Shown here: positions 39,535 through 49,199 of the stretch, in pieces | Layout: the number at the start of each line of letters is the position of its first letter | Numbering within the stretch: the stretch's first letter is position 1 | From: an uncultured Gemmatimonadales bacterium | GTDB lineage: Bacteria > Gemmatimonadota > Gemmatimonadetes > Longimicrobiales > RSA9 | Direction: 5' to 3' | Assembly (NCBI GenBank): GCA_963798845.1 | Contig: CAWCUS010000002.1 | Coordinates: forward strand, 128,001 to 192,000 | DNA length: 64,000 nt | Program-made: the position numbers and the translations under genes | Notes under the pieces: model-generated | Told to the model about the DNA's origin: nothing | Databases searched by the model: none | What the model saw: the letters and a program-made list of their open reading frames with translations, nothing else

Positions 39535-39670
39535 GCGGGGGAGTTTGCACCGGTCCGGCGGGCAGAGGGATAGCTCGGCCGGACAAATATTGAATGTGGA
39601 TCCAGGTCCGAGTATGGTCCGAGTATGGCGGGTCCTCCCGAGATCCCTCTGCAGCCGTTACTTTCCCGGC

Positions 39671-40589
39671 GTGCCTGCGACCACGAGAGCGACGACGGGG
39701 AGAAAGGCGACGAAGTCGGCGAGCTTCCGGACCGTGTTCGGCGACCTGGCCGAGCTGACCAAGCCGGGCATCACGCGGCTCGTCGTATTCACCACGGGCG
39801 CGGGCTACCTCATGGCGGCGGGGCGGGAGATGGACTTCCTGCGCCTGTTCAACACCGTTTTCGGGGCCGCGCTGGCGTCGGCGGGGGCGAACGCGCTGAA
39901 CATGTGGTGGGAGCGGGAGACGGACGGGCACATGAAGCGGACGCGGATGCGGCCGCTGCCCGCCGGGCGAGTCTCGCCGCGGACGGCGCTGGGGCTGGCA
40001 CTGGTTCTGTCCGTTCTCGGGCTCGCGCACCTCGCCCTGTTCGTGAACCTGGAGACGCTGCTGCTGGTGGCGACCAGTCTGGTCACGTACATCCTCGTCT
40101 ACACGCCGCTCAAGCGACGGACCCACCACGCCACGCTCATCGGCGCGCTCCCGGGCTCGCTCCCGACGCTGGCCGGGTGGACGGCGGCCGGGCACCCGAT
40201 CACGCTCACCGCGCTGGCGCTCATGGGGGTCGTCTTCTTCTGGCAGAATGCCACACTTCTACGCGCTGGCCTGGGTTTATCGCGACGACTACGCCCGGGG
40301 AGGCATGCGCATGCTGACCTCGGTGGACCCGCGAGGGACGCGGCTCGGGCTCGAGAGCACGCTTTACTCGGCGCTGCTCCTCGTGACGAGCATGGTGCTG
40401 GTGGCCACGGGGCTGATCGACTGGGTCTACGGCGTGGGCGCGCTGGCGCTCGGCACGGTCATGGTCGTCCTGGGCGGGCGGCTCTGGCGGGTGCGGGAGG
40501 ACCGTCGCGCGTGGCATCTGTTCTTCGGCTCCATTCTTTATCTCCCCGCCCTCCTCGTCCTGATGCTGGTCGACCGCTTCTTCCTGTAG
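39671..40589 (+). CDS. cyoE: Protoheme IX farnesyltransferase (heme O synthase); +1 frameshift at ~40248
   Basis: LTKPGI, N...E...D..M.RT..RPLP.G, YT.LKR, IG..PG..P.L.GW, FWQ/MPHF.AL...Y..DY. Start position approximate. Confidence 0.92.
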
Positions 40590-40699
40590 ACGACGACGCC
40601 CTGCGGCTGCGCGGCGGATTCCCGCCGAGGCCGGCCCGGAGTTGCCTGCCGGGGGGCGGGGATGCTATCCGTTCCCGCCACGAGAGGAGGGGTAGGTCC

Positions 40700-41257
40700 A
40701 TGACGGCGACTGGGACGAGGGAGGGGCTCCGCCACAATGTCGAGCGGCTCTGGCCGGAGCTGGAGTGGATCGAGGATGGGGAGCTGCGGGAGCGGGTGGC
40801 GCGGACCTGGGAGCTGGCGCTGGAGCGGAGCCCGCTGGCGGCCGATGACCTGGAGCGGATCCCGTTCACGCTCCTGGTGAAGGACTGCGGCGCCACGTTC
40901 ATGCAGCACAAGCGCTGCGTGGTGCACATCGCCCGCGATGGCGCCCGCGCAATGCACGCGTTCATGGGCCATGCCCTGGCGATCGACACGGACACGGTGA
41001 TCGCCGGGGCGATCCTGGCCGATGTGGGCAAGCTCCTCGAGTACGAGAAGGAAGGCGACCAGACCCGCCAGAGCGCCCGCGGCCAGGCGCTCCGGCACCC
41101 GTTCACCGGCGTCGCCCTGGCGCTGGAGGCGGGCGTGCCCGACGCGATCTGCCACATCATCGCCGCGCACGCCGGGGAGGGCGACCTGGTGAAGCGGAGC
41201 ACGGAGGCGATCATCGTCCATCACGCAGACTTCATGGCCTACCTTCCGTTCCGGTAG
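40700..41257 (+). CDS. HD-domain (YhaM-like) protein with an AD variant motif
   Basis: H...V, AILADVGKLLEY, LRH...G, HII..H..EG, EA.IVH.AD; GGAGG RBS. Confidence 0.8.
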   Translation: MTATGTREGLRHNVERLWPELEWIEDGELRERVARTWELALERSPLAADDLERIPFTLLVKDCGATFMQHKRCVVHIARDGARAMHAFMGHALAIDTDTVIAGAILADVGKLLEYEKEGDQTRQSARGQALRHPFTGVALALEAGVPDAICHIIAAHAGEGDLVKRSTEAIIVHHADFMAYLPFR

Positions 41258-41374
41258 CCCGCCCCCGTCCACCGGGGACCGGCCGCCGGGCCGTTCAAGA
41301 CGCGCGGCCCTGCCTCCGAGCCGGGCGAGTCGGCCGAGCCGAGCCCCCTCTGCGCCCGTAGGGCCGAGCCAATC

Positions 41375-41451
41375 CTGTAAGGGAATCCCTCCTCCTGTCC
41401 GTCCGCCATCGTCGTCCGTCCCCGCGCGCGATTTCAAGGGATTCCCCACAG
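41375..41451. promoter_or_regulatory. Pair of GGGA(A/T)TCCC palindromic boxes upstream of prpD
   Basis: CTGTAAGGGAATCCCT (41375-41390) and AGGGATTCCCCACAG (41437-41451) are near reverse complements. Confidence 0.5.
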
Positions 41452-41512
41452 CCCCGGGTAGTCCTGTGCGGTAGCTTCGCAGGAGGACCGACTCTGACCC
41501 TCCGGAGGACTC

Positions 41513-42914
41513 ATGGCCACCACCGTCTCTTCCACGCCCGTCGGCACGGTCAGCGCGCGGCTGGCGGACCTGGGCGGCGGATCTCTCGTTCGACGATCTC
41601 GGCCCGGAGGCGATCCACGAGGCCAAGCGCTACCTGCTGGACTCGCTGGGGTGTGCGCTGGGGGGCTTCCGGCAGCACGACGTGAAGATCGCGCTGCAGG
41701 TGCTGGACGAGGTGGCGGGGGAGGGCCGGGCGACGGTGCTGGGGAGCGGCCGGCGGATGGACGTGGTGTCGGCGTCGCTGGCGAACGCGTTGATGATCCG
41801 CGTGATGGACTACAACGACATCTACTGGCAGCAGGACCCGTCGCACCCATCGGACCTGATCCCGGCGGCGCTGGCAATGGCGGAGCGGCAGGGACTGGGC
41901 GGGCGCGACGCGATCCTGGGGATCGTGCTGGGGCACGAGCTGGAGATGCGTTTCTGTGAAGCGGCGTTTCCGGGGATCCGGGAGCGCGGCTGGCACCACG
42001 CCACGCTGACGGCGTTCGTGTCGCCGGTGGTAGCAGGTCGGCTTCTGGGGCTGGACGCGGAGCGGATCCGGCACGCCATCGGGATCAGCGGCTCGAGCCA
42101 CGCCACCGTGGGCGGCGTGGTGGCGGGCAAGCTGTCGATGATGAAGAACACGGCGGACCCGATGGCCACGCAGGCGGGCGTGATGGCCGCGCTGCTGGCG
42201 GAGCGGGGCTACACGGGCCCTGAGGGGGTGGTGGAGGGGAAGGAAGGGCTGGTCCACGTCATGGGCCCGGAATGGAAGCTGGAGGTCCTGACCGAGGGCC
42301 TGGGGGAGAGCTGGCGGATCGAGCGGTGCGGGATGAAGGCGTTCCCGACGGAGGCGCTGACGCACGCGCCGATCTCCGCGGTGCTGGACGTGGTGATGGA
42401 GCACGACCTGAAGCCGGCTGAGATCGAGAAGGTGCGGATCCGGTCGCTGGCCCGGGCGGCGGACATCCTTGCGGACGCGAGCAAGTACGACCCGCGCACG
42501 AAGGAGACGGCGGACCACAGCCTGCCGTACGTGATCGCGGCTGCGATCGTGGACCGTCAGGTGACGCCGCGTCAGTTCGAGGCGGAGCGCATCATGGACC
42601 CTGAAGTCCGGGCCCAGCTGGCGAAGGTGGAAGTGGTGGCGGACGCGGAAATCGAGGCGGTGTTCCCGAAGCTGCAGCGTGTGCACGTGACCGTGCTGAC
42701 GAGGGACGGCCGCGAGCTGACGAAGCAGCTGGACTATCCGAAGGGGGATCCGCGGAACCCGCTCACGGATGCGGAGGTGGAGGCGAAGTTCGCGGCGCTG
42801 GCGGAGCCCGTGATGACGGGGGCGTCGCAGCGTCGGCTGGTGGACGCCGTCTGGTCGCTGGAGCGGCAGGACAGCGTGTCGGCGCTCATGCGGCTCGCGC
42901 GGGCGGACCGCTAG
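41513..42914 (+). CDS. prpD: MmgE/PrpD family dehydratase (2-methylcitrate dehydratase-like); +1 frameshift at ~41569
   Basis: LLDSLGCA.G, AN...IR..DYND, HPSD.IP, GWHH.T, G.LS.MK, K.FP.E...H, KETADHSLPY, YPKG.PRNP; GGAGG RBS. Confidence 0.88.
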
Positions 42915-43005
42915 GCCACGTGGGCGGGCCACCCCGGCCCGTCCGGCAATCCCAGTGGACCGCGGTCCCGAGGCGCGCGAGATCGGGCTGCGGGGAGGAG
43001 GATCG

Positions 43006-44955
43006 ATGGGCGCGACAATGGTCGAGAAGATCGCACGGGCCCACATGGTCGACGGGCCCGATCGCCCGCTCCGGCCCGGGGACATGATTTCGCTCCGGCC
43101 GCGGCACATACTGACGCACGACAACACGGCCGCGGTGATGTCGAAGTTCCGCGCAATCGGCGTGGAGCGGATCCATGACCCGCGTCAGCCGGTGATCGTG
43201 CTGGATCACGAGATCCAGAACCGCTCGCCCGAGAACCTGGAAAAGTACACGCGGATCCGTGCCTTCGCCCGTGAGCACGGGCTGGACTTCCATCCGGCGG
43301 GGACGGGGATCGGGCACCAGATCATCGTCGAGCGCGGCTATGCGCTCCCCGGCACGCTGGTGGTGGCGTCCGACTCCCACGCCAACACGTATGGCGCGGT
43401 TGGCGCGCTGGGCACGCCCGTGGTGCGCACGGACGCCGCCGCGATCTGGGCCACGGGGGAGTTCTGGTGGCAGGTGCCGGCGACCGTGCAGGTGGTGCTG
43501 GAAGGGGAGCTGCGACCGGGCGTCAGCGGCAAGGACCTGATCCTCACCCTGTGCTCGCTCTATCCGGCCGGGGAAGTGCTGAACCGGGTCGTGGAGTTCG
43601 CCGGGCCCGGGGTCGCCTCGCTGGACATGGCGGCGCGCATGACGGTGGCGAACATGACCACGGAGTGGGGGGCGCTCGGCGGGTGGTTCCCTGTGGACTC
43701 GCGCACGCTCGAGTTCCTGCGGGAGCGGAAGGCGAGGCTGGAGGCGGCGGACCACCATCGGATCACCGACGCGCAGCTCTTCGCGTGGGGCGCGGCTCCG
43801 CCGCGGCCGGACTCGGACGCCCGCTACGTGGCCCGGATCATCGTGGACCTGGGCAGGGTCAGCCCGTTCCTGGCCGGGCCGGACACGGTGCAGACGGGGC
43901 GGCCGGTGGCGGAGACGGAGGCGGACGGGATCCGCATCGACAAGGCGTACCTCCTTTCCTGCGTGAACGGTCGGCTGGAAGACCTGGAAGCGGCTGCGGA
44001 CGTGGTCCGCGGGCGTCGCGTCGCGCCGCACGTCTCGTTCTTCGTGGCGGCGGCGAGCCGGGAGATCCAGGAGAAGGCCGAGGCGAGCGGGGCGTGGGGC
44101 ACGCTCCTGGACGCGGGCGCCCGGGTGCTCCCGCCCGGCTGCGGCCCGTGCATTGGACTGGGAGAGGGGCTGCTCCAGGACGGGGAGGTCGGGATCTCGG
44201 CCACGAACCGGAACTTCAAGGGACGGATGGGCTCCCGCGACGCCCGCGTGTACCTGGCCAGCCCGGCCGTGGTGGCGGCGTCGGCGCTGGCCGGACGCGT
44301 AAGCAATGGGCGCGTCGCCGGCGGCATCCCGCCGTACGAGTTTCACCGGCTCGACCTGGCCGAGGAGGGCCCGGAGTCGGTGGAGATCATGGCGGGGTTC
44401 CCCGAACGGATCACGGGCCGCCTGGTCTTCGTTCCGCAGGAGAACCTGAACACGGACGGGATCTACGGTAAGGAGCACACGTACCGGGATCGGTCGGTGG
44501 CGGAGATGGCGGCAGCGGTCATGGCGAACTACGATCCGGAATTCGCGAGCCGCACCGCCGCGGGCGACGTCCTGGTGGGGACGCGGAACTTCGGCACGGG
44601 ATCCAGCCGGGAGCAGGCGGCCACCGCTCTCCAGGCGAAGGGGATCGCGCTGGTGATCGCGGAGAGCCTGTCGCAGACGTACCAGCGGAACGCGTTCAAC
44701 AACGGCTTCATCTGCCTGGAGTGCCCGTCGCTGGTGCAGTCGATCGAAAAGGCGCTGGCCGGGGAGATCGCGGAAGGGGAGCCCACGATCGTCACGGGTG
44801 ACGAGCTGAGCGTGGACTTCCGACGGGGGACCATCGAGTGGCGGCGCAAGACGTACCGTTTCCCGGCGCTCGGGCGGGTGCCGCAGAGCCTGGTGGTCGC
44901 GGGGGGCGTCGAGGCGAAGATCCGGGCGACGCTCGGGGGCAACGCAGACCGTTGA
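43006..44955 (+). CDS. lysF: Homoaconitase-like, large and small subunits fused (fungal Lys4/LysF type)
   Basis: THDNT, GIGHQ, SDSHAN.YG, RTDAAAIWATG..WWQVP, SCVN.R, CGPCIGLG.GLL..GEVGISATNRNFKGRMGS, NTDGIY.K, NFGTGSSREQAATAL. Confidence 0.85.
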   Translation: MGATMVEKIARAHMVDGPDRPLRPGDMISLRPRHILTHDNTAAVMSKFRAIGVERIHDPRQPVIVLDHEIQNRSPENLEKYTRIRAFAREHGLDFHPAGTGIGHQIIVERGYALPGTLVVASDSHANTYGAVGALGTPVVRTDAAAIWATGEFWWQVPATVQVVLEGELRPGVSGKDLILTLCSLYPAGEVLNRVVEFAGPGVASLDMAARMTVANMTTEWGALGGWFPVDSRTLEFLRERKARLEAADHHRITDAQLFAWGAAPPRPDSDARYVARIIVDLGRVSPFLAGPDTVQTGRPVAETEADGIRIDKAYLLSCVNGRLEDLEAAADVVRGRRVAPHVSFFVAAASREIQEKAEASGAWGTLLDAGARVLPPGCGPCIGLGEGLLQDGEVGISATNRNFKGRMGSRDARVYLASPAVVAASALAGRVSNGRVAGGIPPYEFHRLDLAEEGPESVEIMAGFPERITGRLVFVPQENLNTDGIYGKEHTYRDRSVAEMAAAVMANYDPEFASRTAAGDVLVGTRNFGTGSSREQAATALQAKGIALVIAESLSQTYQRNAFNNGFICLECPSLVQSIEKALAGEIAEGEPTIVTGDELSVDFRRGTIEWRRKTYRFPALGRVPQSLVVAGGVEAKIRATLGGNADR

Positions 44956-44985
44956 CGGGTCCCGGCGAGCGGATCCCGGTCAACG
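44950..44985. other. Intergenic stem-loop between the aconitase and dehydrogenase genes
   Basis: CGTTGAC/GTCAACG outer stem with GGG/CCC and TCC/GGA inner pairs, directly before the AGGAGG RBS. Confidence 0.45.
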
Positions 44986-44998
44986 CAAAAGGAGGAGC

Positions 44999-46213
44999 AT
45001 GAAGCACACGGTCGTGACAATGCCTGGGGACGGGATCGGCAAGGTGGTGCTGCCGGAGGCGCTGCGGGTGCTGGACGCGGTGGGTTTCGAGGCGGAGTAC
45101 GTCCACGGCGACATCGGCTGGGACTTCTGGGTCAGCGAGGGGAACGCGCTGCCGGAGCGGACCGTGGCGCTGCTGGCGCAGCACAGGCTGGGGCTGTTCG
45201 GCGCGATCACGTCGAAGCCGAAGACGGAGGCGGCGCGTGAGCTGAAGCGCGAGCTGAAGGACCAGGGCTACGTGTATTTCAGCCCCATCGTAGGACTGCG
45301 GCAGCGCTTCGATCTCGACATCTGCATCCGCCCCTGCCGTTCCTTCCCGGGGAACCCGCTGAACTTCGTCCGGCGTGATCCGGCGGGAGGCGTGGCCGAG
45401 CCGGCGGTGGATTCGGTGATCTTCCGTCAGAACACGGAAGGGCTGTATTCGGGGGTGGAGTGGACGAACCCGCCGAAGGGCGTGCGGGACGCGCTGGCGA
45501 CGCACCCGAAGTTCAAGCCGTTCACCGACACGCCGTCGCACGACCTGGCGATCTCGACGCGGATCTTCACGCGCCGCGCCTGCGCGCGGATCACGCGCGC
45601 CGCCTTCGAGTACGCGGTGAAGCACGGTTACGAGAGCGTGACGGTGTGTGAGAAGCCGAACGTGCTGCGGGAGACCAGCGGGATGATGGAAGAGGAAGCG
45701 AAGAAGGCGCACGAGGACTTCCCCGACATCCAGCTCTGGTCGACGAACATCGACGCGCAGATGATGTGGCTGACGAAGAACCCTGAAGACTACGGGGTCA
45801 TCGTCGCCGGGAACATGTTCGGCGACATCGTGAGCGACGGCTTCGCGGGGCTGGTCGGTGGCCTCGGTTTCGCCTGCTCGGGGAACCTGGGCGACAATGT
45901 GGCCGTCTTCGAGCCGACGCACGGCTCGGCGCCCAAGTACGAGAAGCTGGATCCGCCCATCGTGAACCCGATCGCCATGGTCCTGAGCGCGGCCATGCTC
46001 CTGGACCACGTGGGCGAGCGGGAGAAGGCGGAGCAGGTGCGGGCCGCGGTGGCGGCCGTGGTGCGCGATGGCAGCGTCCGCACCTACGACATGATGCGGA
46101 TCCCCGGCGGGCCCGGCGCGATCGCGCAGGGGGCCGCCAGCACCACTGAGCTGACCGACGCCATCATCGCCGCGCTGTCCGCGCGCGCAGTCGCGAGCGG
46201 GCAGGCGGGATGA
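44999..46213 (+). CDS. Isocitrate/isopropylmalate dehydrogenase family, homoisocitrate-dehydrogenase-like
   Basis: PGDGIG, LFGAITS, YFSPIVGLRQ.FDL...RP (similar to yeast Lys12 YSSPIVALR as recalled), RQNTEGLY, K.NV, NMFGDI.SD, FEP.HGSAP. Confidence 0.85.
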   Translation: MKHTVVTMPGDGIGKVVLPEALRVLDAVGFEAEYVHGDIGWDFWVSEGNALPERTVALLAQHRLGLFGAITSKPKTEAARELKRELKDQGYVYFSPIVGLRQRFDLDICIRPCRSFPGNPLNFVRRDPAGGVAEPAVDSVIFRQNTEGLYSGVEWTNPPKGVRDALATHPKFKPFTDTPSHDLAISTRIFTRRACARITRAAFEYAVKHGYESVTVCEKPNVLRETSGMMEEEAKKAHEDFPDIQLWSTNIDAQMMWLTKNPEDYGVIVAGNMFGDIVSDGFAGLVGGLGFACSGNLGDNVAVFEPTHGSAPKYEKLDPPIVNPIAMVLSAAMLLDHVGEREKAEQVRAAVAAVVRDGSVRTYDMMRIPGGPGAIAQGAASTTELTDAIIAALSARAVASGQAG

Positions 46214-47565
46214 GCGGGCCGGAGGCCGGCGTTTCGCCGGGCGCCCGAATGGCCGCCGGAGCGGCGGTGGTGGCGGGTCGGGGAGAGGCGGGGCGAGCCG
46301 GCGATGACGTCCGCTCCGACCTGCACGTCGTCGTGGAAGCGGGCGGCGACGCCGTGACGCTGGACGTGAGGTCGAAGGTGGCGTCGTTGTTCGGCGACGC
46401 GATCCGCGCCACCGTCCTCGAGACCCTCAATGCGTTCGGGGTGAGCGCCGCTCGCGTGGTCGTGGATGACAAGGGCGCCGTGCCCTGGGTGATCGCGGCG
46501 CGCGTGGAAGCCGCGGCCCGCGCCGCCGGCCTGGTGGAGCGGACCGGCGCCGCCGTTCCCTGCGCCGGAGGACGAGGGCCGGCGCTGGGTTTTCCGGCGA
46601 CGAGCCCGACCCCGAGGGACCGGCTCCGCCGGTCCCGCCTCTACGTCCCCGGAAACGAGCCCAAGTTCATGCCGAACGCGGGGCTGCACCGTCCGGACGG
46701 CGTGATCCTGGACCTCGAGGACTCGGTCCACCGGGGCGCGAAGCCGGCGGCCCGCCTGCTGGTCCGGAACGCGCTGCGCTGCGTCGATTTCGGCGCGGCC
46801 GAGCGGATGGTTCGCATCAATCAGCTTCCGCTCGGGCTGGAGGACCTGGAGGCCATCGTCCCGGAGCTCCCCAACCTGGTGCTGGTCCCGAAAGTGGAGG
46901 AGGCTGCGCAGGTGGCGGAGGTGGCCGCGCGGATCGAGGCGATCCGGTCGTCCGCTGGGCTGCCGTCGAAGGAGGCGCACCCGATCTGGCTGATGCCGAT
47001 CCTCGAGTCCGCGCTCGGGATCGAGAACGCGTTCGCGATCGCGCGCGCGTCGGTCACGGTTGCGGCGCTGACCATCGGGCTGGAGGACTACACGGCCGAC
47101 CTGGGCGTTGTGAAGACGAAGGAAGGTGCCGAGACGCTGTGGGCGAGGGCGCGTCTGGTGAACGCGGCCAGGGCGGCGGGCGTCCAGGCCATCGACTCGG
47201 TGTACGGCGACGTGGCGGACGTGGACGGGCTGCTGGCGTGGGCGCGGGCGTCGCACGCCATGGGCTTCGTGGGCATGGGGTGCGTGCACCCCCGCCAGAT
47301 CCGGGTGATCCACGCGGGCTTCGCCCCCACGCCGGAGGAGCTGGAGAAGGCACAGAAGATCGTGGCGGCGTTCCACGACGCGGAGGCGCGGGGCCTGGGC
47401 GTGGTGAGCCTGGGGAGCAAGATGATCGACCCGCCGGTAGTGCTGCGGGCCACGCGGCTGGTGGAGCGGGCGAGGGAGATGGGGGTTCTGGACGCAAGCG
47501 CGGCCGACGCGGGTGCGGTTGCGGCGTCGCCGGCCTCGAACGGGTCGGAGGGGGGTGGCGAGTGA
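46210..47565 (+). CDS. citE: Citrate lyase ACP (CitD)-beta subunit (CitE) fusion
   Basis: N-terminus AG....RSD..V...S.V...FG..I...V...L...GV......DKGA...I.ARV.AA (CitD); C-terminus RRS.LY.PGN, ILDLEDSV, VRIN, GLEDYTADLG, AIDSVY.D, HPRQI (CitE). Confidence 0.88.
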   Translation: MSGPEAGVSPGARMAAGAAVVAGRGEAGRAGDDVRSDLHVVVEAGGDAVTLDVRSKVASLFGDAIRATVLETLNAFGVSAARVVVDDKGAVPWVIAARVEAAARAAGLVERTGAAVPCAGGRGPALGFPATSPTPRDRLRRSRLYVPGNEPKFMPNAGLHRPDGVILDLEDSVHRGAKPAARLLVRNALRCVDFGAAERMVRINQLPLGLEDLEAIVPELPNLVLVPKVEEAAQVAEVAARIEAIRSSAGLPSKEAHPIWLMPILESALGIENAFAIARASVTVAALTIGLEDYTADLGVVKTKEGAETLWARARLVNAARAAGVQAIDSVYGDVADVDGLLAWARASHAMGFVGMGCVHPRQIRVIHAGFAPTPEELEKAQKIVAAFHDAEARGLGVVSLGSKMIDPPVVLRATRLVERAREMGVLDASAADAGAVAASPASNGSEGGGE

Positions 47566-49175
47566 GCGTGATGACGAAGGTCTCCACGGCGCCGTGGCTG
47601 GACGGGCCGGCGTGGGCGGAGCTGGTGGAGAACGCCGCGGGGCGGCAAGTGCCGCGGGTGGTGAACGGGGAGGCGCAGACGCCGTACGCCGGCGTGGCCG
47701 GCCATGCACCCGACGGCCGGAAGGCCGGTGCGGCCATCCGCTCCGCGCGCGACTATCCGGCGAGCGGCGACAAGCGATCGGGGACCCTGCGCGCGGCGCT
47801 GGAGGCGTGCGGGCTGCGGGATGGGATGACCCTCTCGACGCATCATCATTTCCGGAACGGCGACCGGGTGGCGGTGGCGGCGCTCCAGGCGGCCGCGGAG
47901 CTCGGGGCGAAAGGTCTGCGCTGGTTCCCCAGCGCATCGTTCCCCGCCCATGCGCCGGTGGTGGAGCTGATGGATCGGGGGGTGGTGCACCACATCGAGG
48001 GGAGCATGAACGGCGCCCTCGGCGACTACACGTCGAAGGGAAAGATGGCGGGACTCGGGGTCCTGCGCTCGCACGGCGGCCGGTGGCAGGCGATCCAGGA
48101 CGGCGAGGTGCACGTGGACATCGCGGTGATCGCGGCGCCGACGGCCGACCTGTTCGGCAACGCGGACGGCTCGCATGGCCCTTCCGCCTGCGGCTCGCTC
48201 GGCTTCGCTCTGGCCGACTCCATGTACGCCGACCGCGTGATCGTGGTGACGGACAACGTGGTGCCCTTCCCGTGCATCCCGTGGCAGATCCAGGGGAACA
48301 ACGTGGACCACGTGGTGGTGGTGGACTCGGTCGGGGATCCGTCGAAGATCGTTTCCGGCACCACCGAGATCACCAGGAGTCCCGACCGGCTGCTGATCGC
48401 GGAGTACGTGGCGCGTTTCCTCAAGGATGCGGGGATCATGCGCGACGGCTTCAGCTTCCAGGCCGGCGCCGGAGGGATCGCGCTGGCCTTCGTCGGCTAC
48501 CTGAAGGAAATGATGAAGGAAGCCGGGGTGAAGGCGAGGTTCGTCCGGGGCGGCTCGACGAAGTACCTGGTGGACCTGCTGCGGGAGGGGCTCACCGATT
48601 ACATCCTGGACGGGCAGACCTTCGACCTGGCGGGCGTCGCGTCCATCGGCAGCGACCCGCGCCACGTCGCCACGTCGCCGTTCACGTCCTACAACTACCA
48701 CGGCAAGGGGAACTTCGCCTCCATGGTGGATGCCGTCGTGCTCGGCGCCACGGAAGTGGATTTGGACTTCAACGCGAACGTGGTCACCCATTCCGACGGG
48801 ATGCTCCTGCACGGCATCGGCGGCTGGCAGAACTGCCTGTTCAGCGGGTGCACCATCCTGGCCGTGCCCGCGTTCAGGGACCGGATCCCTGTGCTGGTGG
48901 ACCGGGTCACCACGCTGACCGGGCCCGGCGAGCTGATCGACGTGGTAGTGACGGAGCGAGGGATCGCGATCAACCCGCGACGCGACGACCTGATCCGCGC
49001 CGCCGCTGGCTCCGACCTCCCGATCCGCCCACTGGCCGAGATCAAGGTGGAAGTGGACCGGATGATCGGGGGCGCGCCCTCGCCGGCGCGCGTGACCGAG
49101 CGCCCCGTCGCCATCGTGAAATGGGTGGACGGGACCGTGCTGGACACGGTGTACCAGGTGGCCAGTCCCGCGTAA
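47562..49175 (+). CDS. citF: Citrate lyase alpha subunit / CoA-transferase
   Basis: GMT.S.HHH.RNGD, RSHGGR..AI..GE, CGSLG.A..D, FSFQ.GAGG..LA, LGA.E.D..FN.NV, T.PG..ID..VTE.GIA.NP.R.DL, DGTV.D.V. Confidence 0.9.
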   Translation: MSVMTKVSTAPWLDGPAWAELVENAAGRQVPRVVNGEAQTPYAGVAGHAPDGRKAGAAIRSARDYPASGDKRSGTLRAALEACGLRDGMTLSTHHHFRNGDRVAVAALQAAAELGAKGLRWFPSASFPAHAPVVELMDRGVVHHIEGSMNGALGDYTSKGKMAGLGVLRSHGGRWQAIQDGEVHVDIAVIAAPTADLFGNADGSHGPSACGSLGFALADSMYADRVIVVTDNVVPFPCIPWQIQGNNVDHVVVVDSVGDPSKIVSGTTEITRSPDRLLIAEYVARFLKDAGIMRDGFSFQAGAGGIALAFVGYLKEMMKEAGVKARFVRGGSTKYLVDLLREGLTDYILDGQTFDLAGVASIGSDPRHVATSPFTSYNYHGKGNFASMVDAVVLGATEVDLDFNANVVTHSDGMLLHGIGGWQNCLFSGCTILAVPAFRDRIPVLVDRVTTLTGPGELIDVVVTERGIAINPRRDDLIRAAAGSDLPIRPLAEIKVEVDRMIGGAPSPARVTERPVAIVKWVDGTVLDTVYQVASPA

Positions 49176-49199
49176 CGGGAAGCGGCCAGAGGAGGAGGC

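Noticed and set aside
38502..39611. IS605/TnpB (OMEGA) RNA-guided element
   Set aside because: No tnpB or iscB ORF and no room for one between pntB and cyoE.
39323..41257. 644-aa CyoE-HD fusion protein in the ORF track
   Set aside because: Artefact of the +1 frameshift at ~40248; the HD gene has its own RBS and ATG at 40700.
41513..44955. Canonical 2-methylcitrate cycle operon
   Set aside because: No prpB, prpC or prpE in the window, and the aconitase is LysF-type rather than AcnB/AcnD.
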